DNA of 64,000 bases from an uncultured virus (IMG/VR IMGVR_UViG_3300039191_000526) (Duplodnaviria > Heunggongvirae > Uroviricota > Caudoviricetes): IMG/VR virus record IMGVR_UViG_3300039191_000526. One strand, given 5' to 3'. The first letter of the stretch is position 1; every line of letters begins with the position of its first letter. The notes beneath the pieces are model-generated. The model was not told the DNA's origin, did not search any database, and was given only the letters and a program-made list of their open reading frames with translations. Both the position numbers and the translations under genes were made by a program. This document shows positions 47,043 to 58,073 of the stretch, piece by piece.

Positions 47043-48266
47043 TTAATAATAATTATTATTAAATATATTCTCTATTATATTAATATTATAATCATGTACA
47101 TTTTTTAAATATTTTTTTGAACTTGATGCTAATTTATCAGCTTTTCTAATTTTAATAATTTCCTTAATATTATTTTTGCCAACTTTTTTTATTATTTTTC
47201 TCAAAGTTTTTTGTTTGGATCTATTAAAAGGTAAAGCCATATGATATAATATATATAAATAAACTTTATTAGCAAAATTTTCATTAAAGCCTAACTCTAT
47301 TAATCTTCTCCGAGCTATTCTAGCGCTAACTTTATCATGGCCATAATAATGACAATTATTATTAATTTTAATTTCATCTTTAGTTAATAATTTAGATGTA
47401 CTAAAATTATATTTAATTTGTTTTACTGTTATTAATCCATGATTTCTATTACTAATGATTACTTTATCTCCTTTATTAAATAAATCTGTATCAACCAATA
47501 TTTTTCCATGACACTCTTTGGTTTTAATTTTACCTATATCATGTAATAACCCTGCAATAAATAATTCTTTACTCTCATCTTTTAATTCTTTAGCTACTTT
47601 AATTATATGTTTATGTAATAATAAATTATGATGTTTATTTTCTTGGTCTACACCCCAACATTTGTTTAAAGTAGGAAATATATCTTTTAATTCACCTGTT
47701 TTATACATATTTTTTAAATCTAAAAATAAATTATCACTATTTTTTAATTTTAATATTTTATTTTTTTTTATATTAATATCTCTTAAATGAGTATGAAGAA
47801 TAAAGATTTTATTAAATCCTTCTTGTTTTATAGGAAGAGTTTGATTTTTAATTTTCATTTTTATAATATGTTCAGGAATATATTCATTATAAATCTCTTC
47901 CAATGGTGTTTCAACATAAATAATATTAACACTTAAACTATTATCTTTACACATTTTAATAATATGTTTTCGACGTTTTCTAGTCATAAAAGTTCCATTA
48001 ATAATAATTTGTTTATTACATTGATTAACAATTTTATATAATTTGTCCCAAGTTGATTTTGAATGGCGTTTAAAAAGGTCTTTTAAAGTGAAATTTTTAT
48101 TATTAGTAACAATATTATTTTTTAAAAAATCAAAATTAATTATTTTATAAGAGTCTTGTTTAAAATTATTAATTATTTTTTGTTTATATTGGGAAATTCC
48201 ATCAATTAAAATAACATCACTATTATTTTCATTTACAATATTATTAATCTTTTGTTTTAAACTCAT
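47043..48266 (-). CDS. Degenerate P-loop kinase-like domain fused to an HD domain
   Basis: INGT.....RR, VETPLE, P...EGF; Q...HH...L..H, LLHDIGK, YGH. Confidence 0.65.
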   Translation of the reverse strand: MSLKQKINNIVNENNSDVILIDGISQYKQKIINNFKQDSYKIINFDFLKNNIVTNNKNFTLKDLFKRHSKSTWDKLYKIVNQCNKQIIINGTFMTRKRRKHIIKMCKDNSLSVNIIYVETPLEEIYNEYIPEHIIKMKIKNQTLPIKQEGFNKIFILHTHLRDINIKKNKILKLKNSDNLFLDLKNMYKTGELKDIFPTLNKCWGVDQENKHHNLLLHKHIIKVAKELKDESKELFIAGLLHDIGKIKTKECHGKILVDTDLFNKGDKVIISNRNHGLITVKQIKYNFSTSKLLTKDEIKINNNCHYYGHDKVSARIARRRLIELGFNENFANKVYLYILYHMALPFNRSKQKTLRKIIKKVGKNNIKEIIKIRKADKLASSSKKYLKNVHDYNINIIENIFNNNYY

Positions 48267-48314
48267 AATTACCTCCTTTAATAAAACACTTAATATAAAA
48301 ATAAAGCAGAGTAT

Positions 48315-48665
48315 TTATTCCTCTGCTTTATCTATATTATAAGGTTGAATATGAAAACCATATTTTTCTTTTCTATATTGTATTTTTTTTCTAAATTCTT
48401 CTTGAATTTTTTTAGCTCTATTAAAATTATCTTCATTATTTAGAATTTTATCATTATATAATATTCCTTCAGGATCATTGCGATAATCCCATATTCCCCC
48501 TAGTTTTTCTTTACCAGTTTCTTCATCAACAATTACTTCTAAAGCTAATCCTAAAGGGTGTAAAAATTGTCTATTTAATTCTTGTAGATAACCTTTTTCT
48601 CTAAATTCTTTTATGGGAATTTTACTTATATCTTTCCCATCATTATTCATCACTATCATCTTCAT
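48315..48665 (-). CDS. Hypothetical phage protein
   Basis: KEFRE.GYLQELNRQFLHPLGLALEV. Confidence 0.65.
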   Translation of the reverse strand: MKMIVMNNDGKDISKIPIKEFREKGYLQELNRQFLHPLGLALEVIVDEETGKEKLGGIWDYRNDPEGILYNDKILNNEDNFNRAKKIQEEFRKKIQYRKEKYGFHIQPYNIDKAEE

Positions 48666-49335
48666 TACGATTATTATAACCTAAGTTATTAATTTTTGAA
48701 ACTGATACTTCATATGCTGTTCTTTGAACAACATCTCCATTACTTAATGTCTTTTTATAATCTCTACTTTGAATTCTACCTTGAATCTCAATATTATCTC
48801 CAACATTTAAATCTTTTCCAAATCTTGCATTTCTTCCCCATGTAATAATAGGAATATAATCTGATTTATTATAAACCCTATTTACTGCTAAAATAATATC
48901 ACAAATTTCTCTACCTTTAGGAGTTGTTCTATATACAGGATCTTTACAGATAAAGCCATTTAAATATATTTTATTTGGATTTTTAACTTCATAATCTTCA
49001 TTAACAGTTTCAATTTCTTTTACAAAAACTGTTAATTTTAATTTTTTATCATCTTCATCCTCAGTATTATAAGATCTAAACTCACCTTCAACTTTAACTT
49101 TCGTATCCTTAGTAATATTATTAATATTAATTAAACGTTCAGAAATAGTAAGTGGAATTTTATCAATTGCTCCACTCAATCTTGGAATTTCTAAAAGTGA
49201 TTCATAGAATTTTTCACCATAAACCTCGTTACTAAATTTACATTCTTTAATAATTGTACCAACTAAATTAGCTGTATTTTTTACTTTATTGTCTTTATCT
49301 TTTTCATTTTCATTTTTTGTCAAATTGTTAACCAT
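48643..49335 (-). CDS. ssb: Tandem-OB single-stranded DNA-binding protein (clostridial type)
   Basis: RLSG..D.IP.T.SERL, G.FRSYN, YRTTP.GREI, AVNR.Y.KSDYIP.I.WGRNA, GRIQSR. Confidence 0.88.
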   Translation of the reverse strand: MVNNLTKNENEKDKDNKVKNTANLVGTIIKECKFSNEVYGEKFYESLLEIPRLSGAIDKIPLTISERLININNITKDTKVKVEGEFRSYNTEDEDDKKLKLTVFVKEIETVNEDYEVKNPNKIYLNGFICKDPVYRTTPKGREICDIILAVNRVYNKSDYIPIITWGRNARFGKDLNVGDNIEIQGRIQSRDYKKTLSNGDVVQRTAYEVSVSKINNLGYNNRNEDDSDE

Positions 49336-49369
49336 TATTTTTTCCCCTTTCGTGTATTATTTTATTATT

Positions 49370-49401
49370 ATTATAATAGCTTTTTTAACGTTTTTTAACA
49401 A
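49370..49401 (-). promoter_or_regulatory. Class II promoter (TTGTTAAAAA-16 nt-TATAAT)
   Basis: Same element recurs upstream of other replication-region genes. Confidence 0.55.
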
Positions 49402-49600
49402 TTAATAATAAAAAAATCAAAAGATATTATTTTCCCTTTGATTTTAGTTAATTTTTTATTAAGATTTATGTGATAACTTTTTATATTTACCACTTTTTTA
49501 TTTTAATATAAATTCTCATATAATAAAAACTGGTAATCAATTAAGATTACCAGTTTAACATTTATATTAATTTACATGTTAGTTAACTTTATAAAATCTA

Positions 49601-50215
49601 TTATAATTGATCCCAATCGTCATCAGTAATTTCATCTTCATTTCCAGAAAAAGCATCATCATCTTGCTGTGGAGCAGAACCTTTACTTAATGCTTGTAAT
49701 CCCATCTGTCTAATTTCATCAGGGTTAGGAGCTTCATTAATTTCTTCAATAGTATCAGAATCCTGAATTCTTTGTTTTTCATCTTCATTTAATTCACTTT
49801 TACGAGGAGCTGGCATTAAAGTATATCTTGTATCTCTACCCGTACCGTCTCTTCTAATTTTAATATCATATTTTGTTGGATCTCCGTAATCAGGATCCAT
49901 TGCATATGCTTTAACTTGATTAAAGATCATTGGACCTGATTCTAAAATTTTAACTTCACCGTCAACACGATCAATTACTTTTACTTGGTATCGCTTAGAT
50001 GGAGCTTGACCTTCAGCACATAAAGGACAGCCACTTCCTGGGCAAATTACTTTTCTAGTTGAACCATCCGTAGTTTTCTCCCAATGTACTGAAATCATTG
50101 ATGGCTTACCAGCAATTCTTACTTTATTTTCTCCCGGTTGCAATTTTAAAAAGTCTACATTTCTCCCTTGACCTGGTTCTTTGATGCTTCCCCAATCCAT
50201 ATTAAAATTTGACAT
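49601..50215 (-). CDS. T4 gp32-like ssDNA-binding protein
   Basis: FLKL..GE..VRI, H...C....CPLC zinc site, YGDP..YDI.I.R.G.G..T.Y, acidic tail; SD favours ATG 50215. Confidence 0.75.
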   Translation of the reverse strand: MSNFNMDWGSIKEPGQGRNVDFLKLQPGENKVRIAGKPSMISVHWEKTTDGSTRKVICPGSGCPLCAEGQAPSKRYQVKVIDRVDGEVKILESGPMIFNQVKAYAMDPDYGDPTKYDIKIRRDGTGRDTRYTLMPAPRKSELNEDEKQRIQDSDTIEEINEAPNPDEIRQMGLQALSKGSAPQQDDDAFSGNEDEITDDDWDQL

Positions 50216-50325
50216 TATTAAATCATCCTCTCTGATTTTTTTTGAGTCATTGAACATTTGGGCAAAATATTGGCCATTGGTTCTGGACTCATTAGTTAAT
50301 TGATTTTTTAGAATTATCATTATTT

Positions 50326-50540
50326 GTTATTATAATAATAATTCTGATGAAACTTTTTAACAACTTATTTCAAAAAATTCTTGAAAAAATTAAACTGAAA
50401 AAATTAATTGTTACAATATTATAATAATAATTTTGATGAAACTTTTTAACAACTTATTTCAAAAAATTCTTGAAAAAGTTAATTGAATTAATTGTTACAA
50501 TATTATAATAATAACCTCTATAACTTTTTTTAACAAAAAT
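50326..50540 (-). repeat. Three tandem units of about 85-90 bp, each with a class II promoter; two carry a TTTCAA-N7-TTGAAA palindrome
   Basis: Promoters at 50332-50363, 50421-50452, 50505-50536. Confidence 0.8.
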
Positions 50541-50550
50541 ATTTATATTT

Positions 50551-51198
50551 TTATACTTCATTCCAATCCATTTTAGTTTTTTGATTTGAATCTTGTTCAT
50601 TTTGTTGATCATCATAATTTACATTTTGCATATTATTATCTTTAGGTTTTTTACGATATTCACCTAATTTTAATTGAGATTGTATCATGGTACCTTGCCT
50701 ACTAACACTATCTTGAATCGATTTAATATTCTTTAAAGTTTCCTTTACCTCTTCAGCAAAGATTTTAGCTGATTCAAGTTGCATTAGATGAATAGGGTAT
50801 CTCATTGTTGCTTCTCCTCGTCTTTTATCTTTAGATCTACCTTTACTCATATATTGAGCAGCATCTAAAAGCATGTTTACTAATCTTTTTCTTAATCTAT
50901 ATTCCCTATCTGCCATTCTATGTATTTCTACTAATCGATCTTTATAACCTTGAGATTTAGATAATCCTTCATTAATATCAAAAGTTGTTGGAGATTCAGG
51001 AATATTAACAGTCATATTATCCATTTCGTTTCGTAATGCTCTTTTGTTTAATTTAGGAAGAGTACTTAAAATATTATTAACCATATCTTCTAATTCACCT
51101 AAAGTAACTTTATCTTTATTACCTTTTTTATTTGCTTCAGTTGTTATTACATCTTCAAAATCACCATCGCCTAAATTTTTAATATCTTTTTCTTTCAT
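50551..51198 (-). CDS. Coiled-coil protein, possible UvsY-like recombination mediator
   Basis: Helical; lies between SSB and SbcC; function inferred from context only. Confidence 0.45.
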   Translation of the reverse strand: MKEKDIKNLGDGDFEDVITTEANKKGNKDKVTLGELEDMVNNILSTLPKLNKRALRNEMDNMTVNIPESPTTFDINEGLSKSQGYKDRLVEIHRMADREYRLRKRLVNMLLDAAQYMSKGRSKDKRRGEATMRYPIHLMQLESAKIFAEEVKETLKNIKSIQDSVSRQGTMIQSQLKLGEYRKKPKDNNMQNVNYDDQQNEQDSNQKTKMDWNEV

Positions 51199-51316
51199 AG
51201 TTTTACCTCCTATTTTGATATGTAACTATTTGTATTATATATTAATTAATATCTTTGTGTTTTTTAACAACTATTTTATAAAAAAAGGACCCTCTTTATT
51301 GAGGGCCCCATTTTAT

Positions 51317-53389
51317 TTAATTATTAATCTTATATACCTTACTTCCTTCAATTGGATCTTTATCAACTATAACCTTATTATCAAAAGACTGTTTCATATC
51401 ATTAATATGAGTAATAATCATTACTTGTTCAAATGTTTTAGTTAATTGTGATACTGCTTGAGTAAATTGATCTTTAGCATTCTCATCTTGACTACCTAAT
51501 CCTTCATCAATAATAAAGAAGTCTATATTAGCCCCTGCTCTTCTAGCTAAAAATTTAGCTAAACCAACATGGCATGCAAAATCAACTCTAAATTTTTCTC
51601 CCCCTGAATATGTTTCATATTTTCTAACACCATTAGGGTCATAAATATAAATATCTAATGTTTCAATTGATGAACGACGTTTATAATTTTTACCATTAGT
51701 ATCTTTCTGAGTTTTAAACTCTATTGAAACTTTTCCATTAGTTAAAATATCTAATAATTTATTAATTTCTTCTTCAATTTCTGGCAAAGCGTTCTCAATA
51801 ATTAATGCTTGAATACCTGATTTACCCCAAGCAGTTACTAAATCATCATAATCTGAATATTTTGTTTTTAACGCTTTTAATTTTTCATTTAATTCTTTTA
51901 ATTCGTCTTCAACTTCATTAATATCTTTTAATTTATCTTTAGCTATTGCAACAGTAGATTTCCATTCACTTAATTCATCTCTTAATTTATTTAATTTTTG
52001 ACGTATTGTATTATCATTAAAACTTTTATTATCAATATCTTCAACTTGTTTGTTTAAATTTTCTTCATATTCTTTTTTATGATATTTTAGATCATCCTTT
52101 AATTGTTCATTTTTTTGTTGTAAAGAAGATATTTTTTCTTCATTACGATTTATAGTATTTAATTTATTTTGTAAATTAGAAATTTTATTGTTATTAGAAT
52201 TAATTTCTGATTTTAATTTAGACATTTTTTCCTTATATTGATTAATATCTTCTTTATTTGAATTAACTTTTGATAAAATATTTTTGCCTTTTACCTTTAA
52301 TTCTTTTAGGTATTCTTCTTTATATTCCTTAGTTATATCATGACCACAAAATTCACATTCACCTTTATCATATTCTTTTAATTCTTTATATTGTTGTTTT
52401 ATTTCTTGTGCTTGTGATTGTAACATATCATTAGTTGTTTCTAAAGAACTTTTTTTATTAGAAAATTTTGTATATTTATCTTGTAAATCTTGATTATTAT
52501 TTTTTAAATCATTAATTTTATTTTTAATATTTTCTTTATCTTCCATTGTATTATTAAGGTCTTTTATATCCTGTTTAGTTTCTTGTATATTAGATTTAAT
52601 ATTTGATATTTTATTCTTTAAATTTTTTCTACGATTTAAAATTTGATTTCTTTGTTGTTTTAATTGATTATATTTAGCCTTTTCTGATACAATCTTTTCT
52701 AATTTTTTCTCATATTCTTTAACTTTATCCTTTAAAACTTCTATTTCATCATTACCTCGGTTTAAATTAGACTCATGCTTTTCTTTTTGATCTACTCTAT
52801 TTTCTAACATTTCTAATTTATTTTGTTTATTTTTAATTTTTCTATGAGTCCTTCTTCTTAATTCACGAGTATATTCTTCTAATTTTTCATATTTATTTAA
52901 TCCTAAAACTTGAACAAATACATCTTTTCTTTCGTCTGGTTTCTTTTTCATAAATCTACCTGATTTACCTTGGCCAATACATACAGTATCTAAAAAAGTA
53001 TTGTAATTCATTTTAATAATATTATTAATCTTCTTCTGAGTTTCTTTAATTCCTTCGCTATGATCTGTTCCATTAATATAAAATTCTAATTTATGTTTAC
53101 CATCCCTCTTTTTACTTCTAATAATTTTATATGTATTACTATTCATTTCAAAAACATATTCAATCTCAAACTTCTCAGCATTATTATTAATCAAATCCTC
53201 CATTCCAGAACCTCTCTTATCAACTCCACGAGCTCGATAAAATAATGCTGTAGTTATCATATCAATAATAGAACTTTTTCCAGCACCATTTTCACCAATA
53301 ATTGCAAACAAATCACCAAAACAACTAAATTCAATTTTTTCATCAATATATGATGTAAAATCTTTTGCTTTTATATATCTTGGTAACAT
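51317..53389 (-). CDS. sbcC: SbcC/Rad50-like ATPase (gp46-like)
   Basis: GENGAGKSS, Zn hook CEFCG, YSGGE, IIDEGLG, IITH. Confidence 0.93.
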   Translation of the reverse strand: MLPRYIKAKDFTSYIDEKIEFSCFGDLFAIIGENGAGKSSIIDMITTALFYRARGVDKRGSGMEDLINNNAEKFEIEYVFEMNSNTYKIIRSKKRDGKHKLEFYINGTDHSEGIKETQKKINNIIKMNYNTFLDTVCIGQGKSGRFMKKKPDERKDVFVQVLGLNKYEKLEEYTRELRRRTHRKIKNKQNKLEMLENRVDQKEKHESNLNRGNDEIEVLKDKVKEYEKKLEKIVSEKAKYNQLKQQRNQILNRRKNLKNKISNIKSNIQETKQDIKDLNNTMEDKENIKNKINDLKNNNQDLQDKYTKFSNKKSSLETTNDMLQSQAQEIKQQYKELKEYDKGECEFCGHDITKEYKEEYLKELKVKGKNILSKVNSNKEDINQYKEKMSKLKSEINSNNNKISNLQNKLNTINRNEEKISSLQQKNEQLKDDLKYHKKEYEENLNKQVEDIDNKSFNDNTIRQKLNKLRDELSEWKSTVAIAKDKLKDINEVEDELKELNEKLKALKTKYSDYDDLVTAWGKSGIQALIIENALPEIEEEINKLLDILTNGKVSIEFKTQKDTNGKNYKRRSSIETLDIYIYDPNGVRKYETYSGGEKFRVDFACHVGLAKFLARRAGANIDFFIIDEGLGSQDENAKDQFTQAVSQLTKTFEQVMIITHINDMKQSFDNKVIVDKDPIEGSKVYKINN

Positions 53390-53597
53390 TTTATCCCTCC
53401 TTATAAGATATAATATAAATTTTACTAGTTTTTTTTAAATAAAAAAAGAGAAAGGAAATTAATCCTTTCGCTGAAAATGATATGAAAAAAAGACAAATAT
53501 GATTAATATAATACATTGTATAATAGTAACTACCATAGTAATATTGTTAGGCAATATAATTAAACATATACTATATAATATTGTATAAAATATCCAT

Positions 53598-53807
53598 CTA
53601 AAATATTTTCTCATTTAAATAAACCTTAATTTTATTTTTAATTTTATATAATATTTTTTTACCATAATATAATCCTATTCCTAAACATAAAATATTAAGT
53701 ACTAATAAAGATACTAATAATTTAAGTGGTAATAAACTAAGTATTGCTGATGAAAAACATACTAATAAAATTAATATAATTAATTTTTTTATATTCATAT
53801 TTCTCAC
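53598..53807 (-). CDS. Small membrane protein
   Basis: Two hydrophobic helices. Confidence 0.5.
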   Translation of the reverse strand: MRNMNIKKLIILILLVCFSSAILSLLPLKLLVSLLVLNILCLGIGLYYGKKILYKIKNKIKVYLNEKIF

Positions 53808-54040
53808 TCCTCTAAAGATTTTTTCTTTTCAATTTTTAATTGTTCAGAACTCATTTTATATCCTAACCAAGATATTATAGTTATAAATAAACCTAATTTT
53901 ACTTTTCCTTCTTTAAATAATAATGTCATACCAGTTATAAGGGTTAAATGCCCTAATACTGTAAAAAATATAGAATTATAAAAATGATCATCAAAAATAT
54001 TTAACCATTTTAATGTACTTTTGATTTTATTTTTTATCAT
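53804..54040 (-). CDS. Small membrane protein
   Basis: Two hydrophobic helices. Confidence 0.55.
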   Translation of the reverse strand: MIKNKIKSTLKWLNIFDDHFYNSIFFTVLGHLTLITGMTLLFKEGKVKLGLFITIISWLGYKMSSEQLKIEKKKSLEE

Positions 54041-54369
54041 TTATTGTCCTCCTTTTTAAATTTATCCTCTGTTTCAATTATGGTATATTTAGAAATAAAC
54101 CAAGTAGATGGGTCATTAATTTTAAAATCACTTTTCCCAGTAGCATAGATATATTCATATTTATCTTTTTTATTATTATAATTTAATGATCCACAATGGG
54201 GACAAACTTTAGGCATTTTACCTGTATAAGTATTACCAACAACCTCATCTTCATTAGCTTTTATAAAGCCATTACATTTTTTACATTTAAGACCAAAAGT
54301 ATATTTATTTTTAAATTTATAAATTAAATATAAAATTATCCATATTGAAATAAAAATATAAATAATCAC
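54037..54369 (-). CDS. Membrane-anchored zinc-ribbon protein
   Basis: TM then CKKC...CPHCG. Confidence 0.6.
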   Translation of the reverse strand: MIIYIFISIWIILYLIYKFKNKYTFGLKCKKCNGFIKANEDEVVGNTYTGKMPKVCPHCGSLNYNNKKDKYEYIYATGKSDFKINDPSTWFISKYTIIETEDKFKKEDNK

Positions 54370-54825
54370 TTATTATCCTCCTTTTTAAATTTATTAAATT
54401 GATATTTAGCTAATTTAATAAATAATATTCCTATAATAATCATCCAACCAAAAATTAAATATTGTCCACTAATTATAGTTGAAAATGTTCCCCAAAATAA
54501 AAACATTTGACCTAATAAAGTAAAAAATAAAGTATCTAATAAATAATTTCTAAATTGAATATCAAAAATTCTTTTAAATTCTTTAAATACCTTAATTAAT
54601 AAATTTAACCCCCACTTAAAAGGTTTTAATAATATTTTAATTTTAATTCCCTCCTTTTTTTTAATTCTATGCTAAAGGGTATACTGGTCTACCATCAGTT
54701 ATAATAGATCTACCACATTTTTTACAGTAGGAATAATCATATTTTCTTTTACCTTTTTTATTAACATAATAAACATCTTTGATTTTATCATGATTACAAT
54801 TATTTTGATTCATTTTTATCACTCC

Positions 54826-55422
54826 CTAAAAATATTTTTCTTCAACTCTTTTAGATAATTCAATACAATCAAAAATAATTGAACAATCACCATAATGTTT
54901 ATAATTATCTAATAACCATTTATCTTCAAAATCATCCATTAATCTTATTTGTTCTTCACATTCTAAGTCATTACATGTAATATTTATATTAAGATAACTA
55001 TAATTACGCATTTCAGGATCATACCCAAAATCTATTAATAAATCCCTATTACCAAATAATTTTATTATTTTATTTCTAGATTCTAATATATATTTAACTA
55101 ATCCCTTATATTTTAATAATGTTTCTTTAATTTTATCTTCTTTTTCTTGGTTAATATAAAATAATTTCTCAATTTTATTAAAATTATTTAACCACTTTTT
55201 ATTATTCAAATGGTTATTAATAACTTGTATTTGTTTATTACTTTTTAATATTTGATTTTTTAATTTTTTAGTTGAATTTTCAATATTAGAGATAAAAATA
55301 TCATTCAATTCTTTATTATTAATTTTATTATTATTTGTTATATTTTTTATTGTTTTTTGTAAATCATTAATTTTATTACAACATTCTTTAATATTACTTT
55401 TTATTAAAAAATCTTTAGACAT
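54826..55422 (-). CDS. Coiled coil plus C-terminal DPE...W domain
   Basis: I..LF......YDPE.....L...I......L..F...W; family not confidently named. Confidence 0.5.
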   Translation of the reverse strand: MSKDFLIKSNIKECCNKINDLQKTIKNITNNNKINNKELNDIFISNIENSTKKLKNQILKSNKQIQVINNHLNNKKWLNNFNKIEKLFYINQEKEDKIKETLLKYKGLVKYILESRNKIIKLFGNRDLLIDFGYDPEMRNYSYLNINITCNDLECEEQIRLMDDFEDKWLLDNYKHYGDCSIIFDCIELSKRVEEKYF

Positions 55423-55424
55423 AT

Positions 55425-55703
55425 TTATTCCTCCATCATTTTTATTCGTTGTAATATTCTAGTTAAAACTACCCCTGCATTACTCCATTCTTTTATAGCT
55501 TTATTATATTTCTTTTCTTTTTTATTACCATTTAATAAAGGACTAAAAGAAAACATTATTCCTCTAGAATTAGCTATTTTTTGGTCTAATGTAAGATATA
55601 ATTTTTTCATATTACAATCCTTCCAATCAATAGTATCATCTTCATTTCTCATTTGTCTTTCTATTTCTTCAGCTAATTCCATTACTTCATCTCTAATTTT
55701 CAT
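55425..55703 (-). CDS. Hypothetical protein
   Basis: AAGGAGG SD. Confidence 0.6.
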   Translation of the reverse strand: MKIRDEVMELAEEIERQMRNEDDTIDWKDCNMKKLYLTLDQKIANSRGIMFSFSPLLNGNKKEKKYNKAIKEWSNAGVVLTRILQRIKMMEE

Positions 55704-55719
55704 TATACTATTCCTCCTT

Positions 55720-56385
55720 TTATTTTACAGTATATATTTTCCCATTTAATAAATCTAATCCTGTTAAATAGCCACCCTTACCACATCCAGTATCAATCAT
55801 AATTATATTACCTAAAAATTCAGCTTGTTCTACTGGAGTATGGCCCACTATAATTTTTTTATCATAATCATTCCAATTATGATAAAAAAATTCTTCTCTT
55901 ATCCATAATAAATCTTCCTCATCTTGAGCATATAAAGGAACATTAGGTTTAAGTCCAGCATGTACAAAGACAAATTCATCAGAATTAGTTTCTAAGGTAT
56001 ATACCTTTGGTTGATTATTAAACCATTTCATATCATTATAAAATTCTTTTAAATCACCCTCATAACTTCTCAATGTTTCTCTACCACCATTATATAAATA
56101 TAAATAAGGATCATAGGTGCTAGCTTTGTTTTTAACATTATGTTTAGCATATTGCCAAGCCATATCTTCATGATTCCCATTTAAAATGATATTACCTTCT
56201 TTTTTTAATTCTTTCATTTTTTTTACAACTTTTTTAGAATTAGGTCCTCTATCTATTGCATCACCTAAAAAAATAATTGTATCATTATCTGAATTATATT
56301 TCATTTTATTTAGTAATTTTATAAGCTTATCATATTCACCATGTATATCAGAAAATACTAAAATTCTATTCATACTTACCACCAT
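55720..56385 (-). CDS. Ser/Thr protein phosphatase-family metallophosphoesterase
   Basis: SDIHG, LGDAIDRGP, GNHE, FVHAG, LLWIR, VGHTP, IDTG. Confidence 0.92.
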   Translation of the reverse strand: MVVSMNRILVFSDIHGEYDKLIKLLNKMKYNSDNDTIIFLGDAIDRGPNSKKVVKKMKELKKEGNIILNGNHEDMAWQYAKHNVKNKASTYDPYLYLYNGGRETLRSYEGDLKEFYNDMKWFNNQPKVYTLETNSDEFVFVHAGLKPNVPLYAQDEEDLLWIREEFFYHNWNDYDKKIIVGHTPVEQAEFLGNIIMIDTGCGKGGYLTGLDLLNGKIYTVK

Positions 56386-56429
56386 CCTTACAATATTATT
56401 ATATAATATTTTATAGTAAATGTAAAATA

Positions 56430-56837
56430 TTATCTTTCAATTATTGAATTAATAACTTTTTTAAATCTTTGTAAATCTTCTTTATTAGAACAATGTTTTA
56501 ATTTAACTAAAGTATCTATTATTACTTGCTTAGCATATGATATTTGATTAAAATTAAAATTATTATTTTCTTTAGCTTCATCAATAGTATTTTTAATATT
56601 ATCCCAACTTTTTTCTTGTTGTATATGATTCTTACTAACATTATTACCATTAGGCATTTTATTAATCATGTCATTTTCTTTTAATAATTTTAATATTTTT
56701 TGTATATCATTATTAAGTGAAGATATTTGTTGTTCAATATTTTTATTTTGATTTTTTGAGGTCTCACCCGTCCCTCCTTTTGGAGGGATTGGGGTACCAT
56801 TAACACCATTAGGACTATATCCATTTTTATTTGTCAT
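56430..56837 (-). CDS. Hypothetical protein
   Basis: ORF with SD. Confidence 0.6.
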   Translation of the reverse strand: MTNKNGYSPNGVNGTPIPPKGGTGETSKNQNKNIEQQISSLNNDIQKILKLLKENDMINKMPNGNNVSKNHIQQEKSWDNIKNTIDEAKENNNFNFNQISYAKQVIIDTLVKLKHCSNKEDLQRFKKVINSIIER

Positions 56838-56849
56838 TTATATCACCCT

Positions 56850-57986
56850 TTATAATTGATCTTGAATTTCATTGATAATTTCTTTCCCTAATTGAATTCT
56901 TTCTTCAGATCTTTCTTTATCACCATAATACATTTTTAATCCATCATTAACTGAAACATTTTCAGTTAATTCTTCATTTCTCGACCTATCTTGATAATCA
57001 TATTCTTTTTGAACTCCTAACATATTTAAAGCACCTAAAACGTATCCATATTTATAAATTTTATTTTCTTGTAATGTTGTACCTTCATTCATTTTAATTT
57101 GAATTCTTACTATTGAATTTTTTATTTTATCTTTATTTTTATCTAATTCTCTAAGTATGTCATCTGTTATATCACCATCACAATTATATTCTAATTTTAA
57201 AGTAAGAAATTTTTGTGATTTAACTTCAATAAAATCATATGAAGTATCACCATTTTGTTTTATATTTAATTCAATAAACCCTTTAGGTTGCTTTTCTTCA
57301 TTAAAATCAATTCTCTGAGTTGACCCTGTATAAAAAACTAAAGGATCCTCTAATAATATTTGATGTTTATGTAAATGACCTAATATAGCAGCTGCTACAC
57401 CTTCTCTATTAAATTCTTCAGCTTCTATATATATTTCCTTATTCTCAACTAACCAATCATTAAGAAGTGCTCCTTTAATTGTTATATGGCCAATATATAC
57501 TATTGGAAAACCTTCATATTCAGTATTTTTAATAATATCTTTAATTTTTTGTTTATTATGGTAAGTTGGTAAAAATACAAATTTAATTTTCTCTCCATTT
57601 TCTTCATAAATATATTCCCTATGAAATCTAGTATGAATTACATTAGGTATATCTAATGTATCAAATGGTTTTAATGGGGATGATTTTTGATCAACTTTAG
57701 GAACATCATGATTACCGTCTAATAATAAAACAGTAATCCCTTTATCGGCAGCTTTTTTAATTCTTTTATTAAATTCATTTTGTAATGTTGGAGAAGGTAA
57801 ACTATTTTTATACATATCACCAGCACCAACAATTAATTTAATATTGTTATCTATAGCATATTGAATCATATTATCTAATGTTTCTAATGCTTTTACTTCT
57901 CTAATATTTAATCCCGTTTCAGAATCTAATTTACCATAACTTTTAACTCCTAAGTGAAAATCAGCAAAACTAATCAATTTTATCAA
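56850..57986 (-). CDS. sbcD: SbcD/Mre11-like nuclease (gp47-like)
   Basis: ADFHLG, AGD, GNHD, LGHLHKHQ, YTGS..RIDF.EE. Confidence 0.92.
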   Translation of the reverse strand: MIKLISFADFHLGVKSYGKLDSETGLNIREVKALETLDNMIQYAIDNNIKLIVGAGDMYKNSLPSPTLQNEFNKRIKKAADKGITVLLLDGNHDVPKVDQKSSPLKPFDTLDIPNVIHTRFHREYIYEENGEKIKFVFLPTYHNKQKIKDIIKNTEYEGFPIVYIGHITIKGALLNDWLVENKEIYIEAEEFNREGVAAAILGHLHKHQILLEDPLVFYTGSTQRIDFNEEKQPKGFIELNIKQNGDTSYDFIEVKSQKFLTLKLEYNCDGDITDDILRELDKNKDKIKNSIVRIQIKMNEGTTLQENKIYKYGYVLGALNMLGVQKEYDYQDRSRNEELTENVSVNDGLKMYYGDKERSEERIQLGKEIINEIQDQL

Positions 57987-58073
57987 TAAAAAAACCTCCT
58001 TTTATTTAATTTCAATAATATTTTAATAAAAGGAGGTTAAAATTTTAATTTTTATTTTATTTTATTTTATAAA

